DNA of 64,000 bases. Source: Candidatus Bathyarchaeota archaeon (lineage in GTDB: Archaea > Thermoproteota > Bathyarchaeia > Hecatellales > Hecatellaceae). Shown here piece by piece: positions 1 to 10,119 of this stretch. The stretch spans positions 1 to 64,000 of the forward strand of contig JBQPWD010000003.1 of the NCBI GenBank assembly GCA_052246995.1, read 5' to 3'. Position 1 is the first letter of the stretch, and every line of letters starts with the position of its first letter. The position numbers were made by a program, and so were the translations under genes. A model generated the notes under the pieces. That model did no database searches. It was not told where the DNA came from and saw nothing but the letters and a program-made list of their open reading frames with translations.

Positions 1-271
1 TATGTGTTGGAATACCATCAGAGTCAGATAGGTTTAAATATTTTTCAGCTACACCAAAAGCTGCACAAACAGCACCATAATTTTCAGGGTAAACTGTAAC
101 AACATCCATAGCCTTAAGAACAACATCCCCCAGTAACCAGTTGGCCATACACCAAGCTACAGGCTTACCCTCCTGCATAGCCTTAACACTATCCAAATAA
201 GACTGGTCAACCTTAGCCCTAAGTGGTCTCACTTTTTCCAAACGTTTAATAACGCTTTTCTTGCTAGACAA
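1..271 (-). CDS. 2-hydroxyacyl-CoA dehydratase / class I benzoyl-CoA reductase subunit family (HgdA/FldB/BcrB-like), N-terminal part, runs off the window
   Basis: Not in the ORF track. Manual translation from TTG at 271 (GGAGG upstream): MSSKKSVIKRLEKVRPLRAKVDQSYLDSVKAMQEGKPVAWCMANWLLGDVVLKAMDVVTVYPENYGAVCAAFGVAEKYLNLSDSDGIPTH. GKPVAW...AMD...YPENY..CAA is typical of the HGD-D family. Confidence 0.8.
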   Translation of the reverse strand, partial: MSSKKSVIKRLEKVRPLRAKVDQSYLDSVKAMQEGKPVAWCMANWLLGDVVLKAMDVVTVYPENYGAVCAAFGVAEKYLNLSDSDGIPTH

Positions 272-411
272 TGCGAAAGAACCTCCAGTTCATTGAAGTT
301 TTTTAAGTTATTTTTTATGGTTTTAACTAATTTTTTAGCTTAACCACCAAATAATAAATATTATGTAGTATTTATATTTACATAAACGTTGCAGTTGTAG
401 GTGAATTTTTC

Positions 412-2455
412 TTGAAGCAATATGAAGAAAGGAAAATTAGAATTGGGGATAAGGAGGTTGTTGTTCCATTAGGTGAGCTTGAACTAAAACCCAATCCATC
501 AGAATACGTGGCTGAGGTTCTTGTTGAACAAGGGGTTGATGTTGCGTTTGGTGTTCACGGTGGAGATATATGGCAACTTACAGATGAAATGTCTAATGCT
601 GGAATAAAACTTGTAACTTTCAGGCATGAGCAGAATGCTGTTTACGCTGCTGAAGCATACTCTAAAGTTAGGAGGAGACCAGGTGTTGTTTATGTTGATA
701 TGGGCCCTGGTTTAGCCAATGCTGTTCCAGGTCTTCACCAAGCATGGATCAGTAGAAGCCCAATAGTACTTTTAGCTGGTGGAAGTATAGAGGAGCAAGA
801 TTATCTTTGGGCCACAATTCAAGAGTCGCATTCAACAGAGTTACTTCATAGTATATGTAAATGGACTGTTAGAGTTACCCATACAAACCAAGTTAAACAG
901 TTTTTAACCAGAGCGTTTAAAATGGCCATGACCTATCCATATGGGCCTGTATCTGTTGAATTAACCTTTTCGTTAAAAATTAAAAAAAGGGAGAAGGGTA
1001 AGGTATATCACACTGACGGCTGGTTTGGTATACTTGGCGAACATCATCTATACGTACCAAATTGGCTTGGTAGCAGAACAAAAGAGAATCTGCGAACTGG
1101 AGGCGGAGATCCGGAGCTTGTTGAAGAAGCTGTTAAGAGGATCTATGAAAGTAGAGGGCCAATCATTTTTGCTGGCGACGGTGTGCATTGGGCTGATGCT
1201 GGACCTGAAATTCAAGAATTTTGTGAACTTGCACAAGTTCCTGTAAGTGGTAGAAGACTTGGTAGGGGTTGTATACCTGAAGATCATCCACTACATTTCA
1301 GATCTAGAGCTATCCGACCTATTAGAGATGCTGTCGACCTTGTTGTAGTAGTTGGACATAAGGTTGGATTTTTTGATGGCTGGGGGTTCAGATTGGAAAA
1401 AAGTTATACAAATAAACGAGTCAACTGAGCATGTCGCAACATGGCTTCCAACTGAAACCCTGATTGTTGGTAATCCTAAACTTGTATTTAGGCAAATGAT
1501 TGAATATGTTAAACAACATAACCTTAAACCTCCACCAGAAAGAAAGGAATTTATTGAACTTGTTCAAAAAGCTGAAAAAGAACAGGAGAAAAGGCTTCAT
1601 GAAAAAGCTGAAAAATATAAGAGCTGTAAGCCGATACATTATGGTTGGCTTGCTAAAATTGTTTGGGATGTATGCGAAGAAAGGTATGGTGGTAGAAATT
1701 GCATAATTCAGGATGGTTATACAATCTCATACTATAGCCCACAATTTGTTAAAGCAAGATTCTCTGGACAATGTATGGACGCTGCTGAACATGCAGGTGT
1801 TGGTCATGGTATTGGTATGGCTATTGGTATATGTTTTGCCAACCCGGATTACGTGAAAAAATATCCTGTTGTTGTTATGATGGGTGATGCAGGTATGGGA
1901 AATAGCGGTATGGAGATAGAAACAGCACAAAGATACAATCTGCCAATAGTATACATTGTCACAAACAACGATGGATGGTTAACAGGATGCAAGTACATTG
2001 CATGGTCAACATCTAAAGGTGAAAAATATGATGCATTAGGTCCTCAAGATCAAACTCATCCTTACGGGCATACGGAGTTTATAAATGATTTAAGATATGA
2101 TAAGCTTTCAGAAGTTATTCCGGGAGTTTATGGTGAATGGGTTGTTGACCCAGCTGAGATTAAACCAGCAATAAATAGAGGGTTTAACGCAGCAGAAACA
2201 GGACATACCGCGGTAATAAATGTTGACATAGATAAACGTCTAGTAAACCCTGTACAGTGGACAACACCTTACGCATTCTGTTATGCACATATCCCATGGG
2301 AAAAACTTCCAAAAAGCGGTAAAGCCCTAAGAAGATTATGGTGTGGAGCCATAGCTAAAATGCTCACAGGCAAACCAGTATTTGACTTTGAAAAATGGGG
2401 CATTCCCGACCTGCCATTACCTGATCCATGGGATCCTCAAGAGGCAGAGCCTTAA
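412..2455 (+). CDS. Thiamine-diphosphate-dependent enzyme (acetolactate synthase / oxalyl-CoA decarboxylase / 2-hydroxyacyl-CoA lyase superfamily), split by a single frameshift into ORFs 412-1428 and 1352-2455
   Basis: ORF1 has the PYR domain (HEQNAVYAAEAY, GPGLAN) and the central domain. ORF2 has the ThDP motif GDAG...NN. Removing one G from GGGGG at 1382-1386 joins them as ...GFFDGWGSDWKKVIQINES... Confidence 0.85.
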
Positions 2456-2691
2456 AAACTTCAATTATCGTAGTAAATGCTGTATTCCCTATTGGCTTAC
2501 ATAGGCTTAGAATAAACTACAAAGCAAGATAAACCTTCATAGATGGGAAGTTGTTTCCCGAAAGCCATTCTAAGCTGATTAAAAGTGAAAAGGTTACATA
2601 CAAAGATTACCATTAACAGGTTAGGAAATAGAACTAATAGTAAAATATTCCTAAAAACACTTTTAGAAGATTAATTCTTGTTGGTGAGTTA

Positions 2692-3843
2692 ATGTTGAAT
2701 TTTGAGTTTAATGATGAGCAGAAGCTAATCAAAAAAGCTGCGGAGGAGTTTTGTCAGAAAGAAGTTTCACCGTATATTGACAAATGGTTGAAAGATAGAG
2801 TTTTTCCTAGGGAGCTTATGAAAAAATGTGCAAGTATAGGTTGGACTGGAATGAATATTAGGGAAGAATACGGGGGGGTACCTCTAGATAATGTTAGTCA
2901 AGGAATAATCACGGAGGTTATCGGTAGATACGAGGTTCCAACTCAAATATTTCTTTCACTACAGCTATCAAGAATGCTTAACTATGCAAACGAGAAGTGT
3001 AGAGAAAAGTTTGTTAAGAAGTTTTTAGGTGGAGAGTTAACTATCTGTGGAGGATTTACAGAGCCAGGTTGCGGTTCAGATTCTGTAGCCATAACTACTC
3101 GGGCTGTTAAAGAAGGTTCAGATTATGTGATAAACGGTGAAAAAGCCTGTATAAGCGGTCCACTATACTCGGATGTATTCATTATATCCGCTAAAACAGC
3201 TGAAATACCTGATAAACCCCATAAAGCCATCAGCCTAATAATTGTTGAAAAGGATAGGGAGGGTGTTGAAACTTACGAGCTTGAAACAATGGCTCCAGGT
3301 TTTAAAGGAGATTTTGGAGGAGTTAAGTTTGACAACGTTAGGGTTCCAGTAGCAAACCTTGTTGGAGAGGAGAATAAAGGCTTCTACCTTTTAATGAGCG
3401 AGTTTAACATTATAAGGGTTCATGTAGCGTTAATGGCTTTAGGTGCAGCTGAAAGGTCTGTTGAGGAAGCTATCGAGTATGCAAAACAAAGAAAAGCATT
3501 TGGCTTACCAATATCAAAATTTCAAGCTGTGAGTTTTAGGCTTGCTGAACACTGGACAAAAATTCAGGCTGCAAAACTTTTAGCCTATAAGGCTTTATGG
3601 CTTACAGATAAAGGTATGCCAAGCTGGGCTGAAGCTTCAGCAGCAAAATGGTATGGTTGTGAGGTTGCCTTTAACGCTGTAAACGATGCACTTCAAACTT
3701 ATGGTGCATACGGATACACTGCAGAGTATCCTTTAGAGCGTAGATTTAGAGCTATCCGAGGTGCATTAATAGGTGATGGAACTGGTGATATTCAGAAACT
3801 TGTAATTTCAAGAATACTGTTTGGAAGAGAATATTCTCCTTAA
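2692..3843 (+). CDS. Acyl-CoA dehydrogenase
   Basis: FTEPGCGSD, YVINGEK, RKAFG...FQAV, YGAYGY..EYPLER, IGDGT motifs; 383 aa. Confidence 0.95.
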   Translation: MLNFEFNDEQKLIKKAAEEFCQKEVSPYIDKWLKDRVFPRELMKKCASIGWTGMNIREEYGGVPLDNVSQGIITEVIGRYEVPTQIFLSLQLSRMLNYANEKCREKFVKKFLGGELTICGGFTEPGCGSDSVAITTRAVKEGSDYVINGEKACISGPLYSDVFIISAKTAEIPDKPHKAISLIIVEKDREGVETYELETMAPGFKGDFGGVKFDNVRVPVANLVGEENKGFYLLMSEFNIIRVHVALMALGAAERSVEEAIEYAKQRKAFGLPISKFQAVSFRLAEHWTKIQAAKLLAYKALWLTDKGMPSWAEASAAKWYGCEVAFNAVNDALQTYGAYGYTAEYPLERRFRAIRGALIGDGTGDIQKLVISRILFGREYSP

Positions 3844-3860
3844 AAAAATTAATTTTTTTA
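3841..3860. terminator. Probable bidirectional oligo-T terminator between convergent genes
   Basis: Perfect 20-bp palindrome TAAAAAAATTAATTTTTTTA spanning both stop codons, giving a T7 run on each strand. Confidence 0.6.
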
Positions 3861-5396
3861 AATTTTGTCTACAAACTCAACCTTCCTAAGCTTTTTATAG
3901 AATGCTACCCGTTCGTTGACAAAGTTTATTAATTCTTCAGCTGAAACCTTGCCTTTATAAACATCTTTTAAAACAACCTTTGCAAATGGTTTATGTCCAA
4001 CCTCAGGATCCCACTCTCCATCAATGTACGCATCTTTAACTGTTGGGTGTTGTAAAAGTATAACTTCAAGGTCTCTTGGGAAGATTGGATAAGCCTTATA
4101 CTTGAGGAACCTTTTCTTTAAACCTCTAAAGTAGAGTAAGCCGTTTTCATCCATCATTAAAAGATCTCCGGTATAAAGCCATCCATCCCTAATAGCCTTC
4201 CTAGTTTCCTCTGACTCCTTGTAACCCTTCATAATCCATGGAGATTTAACAATAAGTTCTCCAACCTCACCAGGTGGAAGCTCTTTTGTTCCCGTTTCTT
4301 TATCAACAATTTTAACATCAACATCAGGTAACGGGATACCGACAGAACCATAAACTCTAACATTTGGCGGTTGGGCTGTAACAACCAAACCCTCAGTTAA
4401 CCCGTAACCTTGAATAAGCGGAATGCCAACATCCTCAAAAAATGCTTTTTGAAGGTCCGGTGGAACAGGTGCTGCACCGGTTACACAAAGCATTAAACTT
4501 GGGACATCCTTCCTCTTTAAACCTTTCTTCAAGACAATGTCAAACATCATTGGTGGACCGGGCCAAAGATTAACATTGTAAGTTTTTATCAACTCAAGAG
4601 CTTTATCAACGTCAAACCTTTTCATTAAAACGATTGTTCCTCCAGCAATAACGGGTCCCGCTATTTCCATAACACCAAACAAGTGGGATAAAGGTATAGC
4701 AACAAGCGATACTACACCTTCCCTACGTCCATAAAATGCTGAAGCTGAAATCATAGCTGCAACTATACCATAATGGGTATGGTAAACTTCAAGTGTTCTA
4801 CCAACAATACCAGCATAGTGTGCAATTACCGCTACATCTTCACGTGGATTAATTTGAACATTTGGAGGTTTAGCTTCATATTTTGTTAAAACATCCATGT
4901 AACTTAAGGTATCTTTTCCACCCTCAACAACAATAGTGTTCTTTAACCCGTACCCATACTCGCTAAAAATCTTTTTTTCACGTTCCCAAACTTCAACATC
5001 TGTAAAAACTACCTTAGGTTTAGTCATATCAAAATGCATTTTTAAGTCTTCACTAATAGTTAAAGCATCAATAATGGCAACTCTAGCTCCAGCTTTAAGC
5101 CCTCCATAAAAACAAGTTATAAATTCAGGTCTGTTAAACATCATAACAGCTACAGGATCTCCCTTTCTAACACCCATATCCCAAATTGCAGCTGCAATCT
5201 TATTTGACTCCTCAGCAACCTTACCATAGGTAAATTTTCTACCATCCTCGTAAATTATAAGAGGCCTATCCGGCTTAGAGGATGCATGTTCATCAAGAAA
5301 CTTGTAAAGCGGCTTTTCAGGGTATGGTTGCAAAGTTTTAGGGACTTCTTTAGGCCATATCTTAAACCATAATTTTTCTTTAGTCAATTTTTTCAC
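3858..5396 (-). CDS. AMP-binding (acyl-CoA synthetase-like) protein with degenerate catalytic motifs
   Basis: ANL-family layout with QGYGLTE and GWLYTGD. The P-loop reads HYAGIVGRTLEV and the C-terminal Lys motif is absent. Confidence 0.85.
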   Translation of the reverse strand: MKKLTKEKLWFKIWPKEVPKTLQPYPEKPLYKFLDEHASSKPDRPLIIYEDGRKFTYGKVAEESNKIAAAIWDMGVRKGDPVAVMMFNRPEFITCFYGGLKAGARVAIIDALTISEDLKMHFDMTKPKVVFTDVEVWEREKKIFSEYGYGLKNTIVVEGGKDTLSYMDVLTKYEAKPPNVQINPREDVAVIAHYAGIVGRTLEVYHTHYGIVAAMISASAFYGRREGVVSLVAIPLSHLFGVMEIAGPVIAGGTIVLMKRFDVDKALELIKTYNVNLWPGPPMMFDIVLKKGLKRKDVPSLMLCVTGAAPVPPDLQKAFFEDVGIPLIQGYGLTEGLVVTAQPPNVRVYGSVGIPLPDVDVKIVDKETGTKELPPGEVGELIVKSPWIMKGYKESEETRKAIRDGWLYTGDLLMMDENGLLYFRGLKKRFLKYKAYPIFPRDLEVILLQHPTVKDAYIDGEWDPEVGHKPFAKVVLKDVYKGKVSAEELINFVNERVAFYKKLRKVEFVDKI

Positions 5397-5520
5397 CTAA
5401 ACTTTATGTTTTCTTTATACTATTTACTCAATTTTTACATTTAATCCTTTACATAAATTTTAAACGTAAAAGATTTAAGTTCTTGAAATTTAAAGGTATA
5501 GTTTAAGGATTTAACGGAGG

Positions 5521-6000
5521 ATGTTTAAGTTGAGTGAAGTTAAAAGGTCTAATAAAAAGGCTATAGGTAAAACATATCCACCAGTTACCTATATAGTAGA
5601 TATTCCTGGTGTTAAGATTAGAGAATACGCTGAAGCTATTGGTGATAGAAACCCTCTTTATTTTGATGAGACCTATGCTAAAAAAGCTGGGTTTGATAGC
5701 ATTATTGCCCCCCCAACATTTGCAGCTATTTTTGCTCTTAGACCGTTAGCTCCTGCTCTTCAAGACCAAGATTTAGCCATAGACCTTGCAACAATGGTTC
5801 ATGGTGCACAAGAGTTTGAGTTTTACAGGCCTGTTAAACCTGGTGATAAGCTGACAATTAAACCTAGAATAGCAGACATTTACGAGAAGATGAGTAGAAG
5901 CGGTAGACCTATGGATTTTATTGTTATTGAAGCTGAAGTTGTGGATGAAAAAGGTGAAAAAGTTTTAACCGCAAGGTCTACTTTGATCTGTAGGAGGTGA
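5521..6000 (+). CDS. MaoC-like (FAS1-type N-terminal) hot-dog dehydratase subunit
   Basis: IREYAEAIGDRNPLY, IAPPTF, VHGAQEFEF.RPV.PGD. Confidence 0.85.
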   Translation: MFKLSEVKRSNKKAIGKTYPPVTYIVDIPGVKIREYAEAIGDRNPLYFDETYAKKAGFDSIIAPPTFAAIFALRPLAPALQDQDLAIDLATMVHGAQEFEFYRPVKPGDKLTIKPRIADIYEKMSRSGRPMDFIVIEAEVVDEKGEKVLTARSTLICRR

Positions 6001-6007
6001 AAATTTT

Positions 6008-6445
6008 TTGAGTAAAAAAGTCGCTTATTTTGAAGATGTTAAGGTTGGTGACGAGATAAGTTCAACAAACCCCCCAATTACAAGAGTTAACATAGCAATG
6101 TATGCTGGTGCTTCAGGAGACTTTAACCCTATTCATGTAGATGAAGAGTTTGCTAAAAATACTCCTCAAAAAACTGTTATAGCTCACGGTATGATGACAA
6201 TGGGGTATATAGCACGTATGCTAACAGACTGGCTTCCAGATCCTACACATCTTAAAAGGTTAAAGGTAGAATTTAGAGGCATGGTTTTCCCTGGTGATGC
6301 TATTACTTGTAAAGGTAAAATTATTGACAAATATCAGAAAGATAAGAAAAGTTATGTTAAACTTGAAGTTTGGGCTGAAAATCAAAGAGGAGAAAAGGTT
6401 GCTGTAGGTGAAGCTGAAGCAGTACTACCATCAAAAAAATGTTAA
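6008..6445 (+). CDS. MaoC family (R)-specific enoyl-CoA hydratase/dehydratase, catalytic subunit
   Basis: Hydratase-2 motif YAGASGDFNPIHVD...IAHGM. Confidence 0.9.
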   Translation: MSKKVAYFEDVKVGDEISSTNPPITRVNIAMYAGASGDFNPIHVDEEFAKNTPQKTVIAHGMMTMGYIARMLTDWLPDPTHLKRLKVEFRGMVFPGDAITCKGKIIDKYQKDKKSYVKLEVWAENQRGEKVAVGEAEAVLPSKKC

Positions 6446-6446
6446 C

Positions 6447-8087
6447 CTAGGTTTTTACACCCACCTTTTTCTTTTCTTTTTCAATAAACTCTCTCCTTAA
6501 AACTTTTCCTGCAAGACTTCTAGGAATTAATGGTACAAACTCAACTTCACAAATTTTCTTGTAACCTGCAACTTTACTATTAACCCATTTTAACAATTCC
6601 TCCGCAAGTTTAGATGAAGCTTCATATCCAGGTTTTAATGCTACATATGCTTTAGGTACTTCAACTTTTTCAGGATCCGGCTTAGGTACAACCGCACAAT
6701 CAAAAACTGCTGGATGCTCCAGCAGAATAGATTCAAGCTCAGCTGGAGCTATGGTAAACCCCATACATTTAATAATTTCCTTCTTTCTTTCGATAATGTA
6801 GACATACCCATCCTCATCCATTTTTGCAAGGTCTCCCGTAAGAAACCACCCATCAGGTGTTAAAACTTTAGCGGTTTCCTCAGGTCTCTTCCAGTAACCC
6901 TTCATAACTTGAGGTCCGCGGATTGCAAGTTCCCCCACCTCTCCTGCTGGAAGTTCCTTTGTTGGATCATCAGGGTCAACAATTTTCTCTTCAGTATCTG
7001 GAAATGGAGGTCCAACTGATTCAAGTTTTATTTGTATTTTTGGATTTGAGTTTGTTACTGGTGAAGTTTCAGACAACCCATAACCTTGGGTTACCGTTAC
7101 ACCTGTTAATTTTTCAAATTCCTTTGCAACCTCAACCATTATTGGTACCGCACCATTATTAACAAACTTTAAAGATGATATGTCATACTTTTTAAGAAGT
7201 TCAGGATTTTTAACGTAGAAGCTTATAACAGGCATAACTGTAGCAACGGCGTTAACTCTATATTTTTGAATCAACTCAAGCCACTCAACAGGATCAAACC
7301 TTTTCTGTATAACTATTTGACCTCCCCCAAGTACTGAAGCATTTAAACACACAGTCATACCATAGCTGTGGTAGAGTGGAAGATGAACTAAAGTTACATT
7401 TTCTTCATCATAAAGCCCCCAAGCAATAGCGCTGAATAGCGCAACTTGAAAAGCATTAGATACAAGATTATAGTGGGTAAGCATGCAACCTTTAGGCAGG
7501 CCTGTTGTTCCTGCAGTATACTGTAAAGCTGCAATATCCTCTTTAGGGTTTATTTCAACTTTTGGTGGAGTTGGCGGATAGTTTTTAAGCATTTCGTTAA
7601 AAAGGTAAGTTCCAGGAAACTTTTTCTCACCGGTAACAATTATATGTTTTAATCTTGGAAGTTCATTTTTAATATTCTCTATTATGGGATAAAGTTCTCC
7701 GTCAACAATTAAAGCCACAGCCTCTGAATCATCAAGCTGATGCTTTGCATCTTTTTCCCTAAATGATGGATTTAAAGCTGTAACCGTTGCACCAATCTTT
7801 AAGATACCATAAAAGGCTATAACAAACTCCGGAGAATTCCACAAAAATATGCCTACAGTATTTCCCTTCCTAATTCCTAAAGATGCTAAGGCTGTTGCAA
7901 ACCTATCACTTAACTCGTCAACCTCGCCAAAAGTTAACTTGCTTGGATGAAGTATGAAAACTCTGTTAGGAGTTCTTTTTGCCGTATTTTTAAGTAGCTG
8001 AAAAACAGGAATTTCAGGATAGTAATCTCCAAACGAAGGTTGAACGTACACCCCAAATTTTTTTGCGGGCCAACCACCCTTAGGCAA
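6447..8087 (-). CDS. Long-chain-fatty-acid--CoA ligase (FadD-like)
   Basis: YTAGTTGLPKG, QGYGLSE, TGD, RKKEIIK, PRSLAGKVLRR. Confidence 0.92.
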   Translation of the reverse strand: MPKGGWPAKKFGVYVQPSFGDYYPEIPVFQLLKNTAKRTPNRVFILHPSKLTFGEVDELSDRFATALASLGIRKGNTVGIFLWNSPEFVIAFYGILKIGATVTALNPSFREKDAKHQLDDSEAVALIVDGELYPIIENIKNELPRLKHIIVTGEKKFPGTYLFNEMLKNYPPTPPKVEINPKEDIAALQYTAGTTGLPKGCMLTHYNLVSNAFQVALFSAIAWGLYDEENVTLVHLPLYHSYGMTVCLNASVLGGGQIVIQKRFDPVEWLELIQKYRVNAVATVMPVISFYVKNPELLKKYDISSLKFVNNGAVPIMVEVAKEFEKLTGVTVTQGYGLSETSPVTNSNPKIQIKLESVGPPFPDTEEKIVDPDDPTKELPAGEVGELAIRGPQVMKGYWKRPEETAKVLTPDGWFLTGDLAKMDEDGYVYIIERKKEIIKCMGFTIAPAELESILLEHPAVFDCAVVPKPDPEKVEVPKAYVALKPGYEASSKLAEELLKWVNSKVAGYKKICEVEFVPLIPRSLAGKVLRREFIEKEKKKVGVKT

Positions 8088-8269
8088 AATTCTTCCCTCC
8101 TAAACCTTTTTTTTACATTTTAAAACTTTTAGTTGTTAGTAGTATCTCACATATAAGAATGTTTTTATTGTTAATATTAAACATTTTTTAAATTTCTCGA
8201 TGAGAGGTAAGTTCCGCCATCACCAAAAAAATTAAATTGTTTTTGTTATGATTATAAAATTGTAAAATA

Positions 8270-9934
8270 ATGAGAACTGACATATGTTATCAAATGGTAG
8301 GGGTGGGGTTTTTGTCAACATATGAATACCAATTAACTTTAACAAAAATATTGGAGAGAGCAGTTAACGTTTTTCCAGATGTTGAGATTGTTTACCGTAA
8401 CATTTTCAGATATACATACGCTGACCTTTATAGAAGAATTCAAAAATTGGCTAACGTTCTTAAAAAACTTGGTGTTAGGGAAGGTGTTAAAATTGCAACT
8501 TTAGAGTTAAACACTCACAGACATCTTGAACTTTATTTTGCTGTTCCATGCATGGGTGCTGTTCTTCACATGGCTAACCCGAGACTTTCATTGGAAGAAA
8601 TAGCTTACATTCTTAACCATGCTGAAGACGAGGTTCTTTTTGTGAATGAAGCTTTTCTCCCGATAGTTGAAGCTATGAGTGATAAACTTAAAACTATAAA
8701 ATATTATGTGATAATGAGTGATAAAAAAGAAATTCCGGAAACAAAACTTAAACCAGTTTACGAGTATGAGGAACTTATCGACTCAGCCTCATCAACATAC
8801 GAGTTTCCAGAGTTAGGCGAGAACCAAGTAGCTACTATGGGTTACACAACTGGCACAACCGGTCTTCCTAAAGGTGTGTATTTTACCCATAGACAAAATG
8901 TTTTACACACGTTAAGTGTTGCTGCTGCACTAGGTTGCTACCTAAAAATAACCCACTATGACACGATTTTACATGTTGTTCCCATGTACCATGTCCACTC
9001 TTGGGGTATGCCGTACGTGGCGACAATGCTGGGGATGAAGCAAGTTTTTCCAGGTATGTTTGACCCTAAAATATTCCTTGAACTTGTAAAAAATGAGAAG
9101 GTAACATATACATGTATGGTTCCAACGGTTTTAGACATGATTTTAAAACATCCTGAAGTTGATAACTATAAACCCCATCTTGAAGGTTTAAATGTAATAA
9201 TTGGTGGTGCAGCTTTACCTAGAGCTCTTTGTGAGCGTGGTCGGAGCTACGGGATGAATGTTCTTGCTGCTTATGGTTTAAGTGAAACATGCCCTGTTTT
9301 AACCATAGCCTACCTTAAACGTAGCATGGTTGAATGGTCTAGAGAAGAAAAAATTGAAAAGTGGGTTAAAACAGGTTTACCCATACCCCTTGTAGACCTA
9401 AGAATTGTCGATTCTCAAGGTAATGATGTTAAAAAGGATGAGAAACAGATGGGTGAAATTGTTGTTAGAGCTCCATGGCTTACAAAAGAGTATTACAAAG
9501 ATCCTGAAAAAACAAAGGAGTTATGGGCTGGCGGATGGATGCATACAGGTGATATTGCTGTTTTAGACAAGGATGGGTATGTAAAAATTGTTGATAGAGC
9601 AAAAGATGTAGTTAAAAGCGGCGGAGAGTGGATTTCATCCTTAACCTTGGAAGATGTAATCCTTACTCATCCAGCCGTTTCGGAGGTTGCTGTTGTTGGT
9701 GTTGAACATGAAAGATGGGGTGAAAGACCCATTGCCTTGATAGTTTTAAAACCTGAATATAAGGACAAGGTTTCCGAGGATGATTTTAAAGAACATTTAA
9801 AAAAGTTTCCTGAAAAAATTCCAAGATGGTGGATGCCTGACAGGTTTATATTTGTTGAAAGTATACCTAAAACAAGCGTTGGAAAAATAGATAAAAAGGT
9901 TTTAAGGCAGAAATATAAGGGGTTTCTAAAGTAA
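8270..9934 (+). CDS. Fatty-acid--CoA ligase (AlkK/DmdB-like); the true start may be TTG near 8312
   Basis: YTTGTTGLPKG, YGLSET, HTGD, DRAKDVVKSGGEWISS, PKTSVGKIDKK. Confidence 0.92.
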   Translation: MRTDICYQMVGVGFLSTYEYQLTLTKILERAVNVFPDVEIVYRNIFRYTYADLYRRIQKLANVLKKLGVREGVKIATLELNTHRHLELYFAVPCMGAVLHMANPRLSLEEIAYILNHAEDEVLFVNEAFLPIVEAMSDKLKTIKYYVIMSDKKEIPETKLKPVYEYEELIDSASSTYEFPELGENQVATMGYTTGTTGLPKGVYFTHRQNVLHTLSVAAALGCYLKITHYDTILHVVPMYHVHSWGMPYVATMLGMKQVFPGMFDPKIFLELVKNEKVTYTCMVPTVLDMILKHPEVDNYKPHLEGLNVIIGGAALPRALCERGRSYGMNVLAAYGLSETCPVLTIAYLKRSMVEWSREEKIEKWVKTGLPIPLVDLRIVDSQGNDVKKDEKQMGEIVVRAPWLTKEYYKDPEKTKELWAGGWMHTGDIAVLDKDGYVKIVDRAKDVVKSGGEWISSLTLEDVILTHPAVSEVAVVGVEHERWGERPIALIVLKPEYKDKVSEDDFKEHLKKFPEKIPRWWMPDRFIFVESIPKTSVGKIDKKVLRQKYKGFLK

Positions 9935-10119
9935 ACATAGTACACTACTTTAAATTCTTATGTTTATTTATAGTAGCCACATTTTTCTACTGTAGGTTAA
10001 GCTTTTTCTCACATACTTTGTCCACTCTTACAGTAAAATTGCCGCTGTTTATTTAACAACTTGCCCTTGTTCAGCATCACCTTAAAATTTGAAATATTTT
10101 ATAAGATTTATAAGAAGGA

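Noticed and set aside
2456-2691. Short hairpin GGGAA-GTTGT-TTCCC and vague IS-end-like sequence between the ThDP gene and the acyl-CoA dehydrogenase
   Set aside because: A 5-bp stem is expected by chance, and no repeat copy was seen elsewhere in the window.
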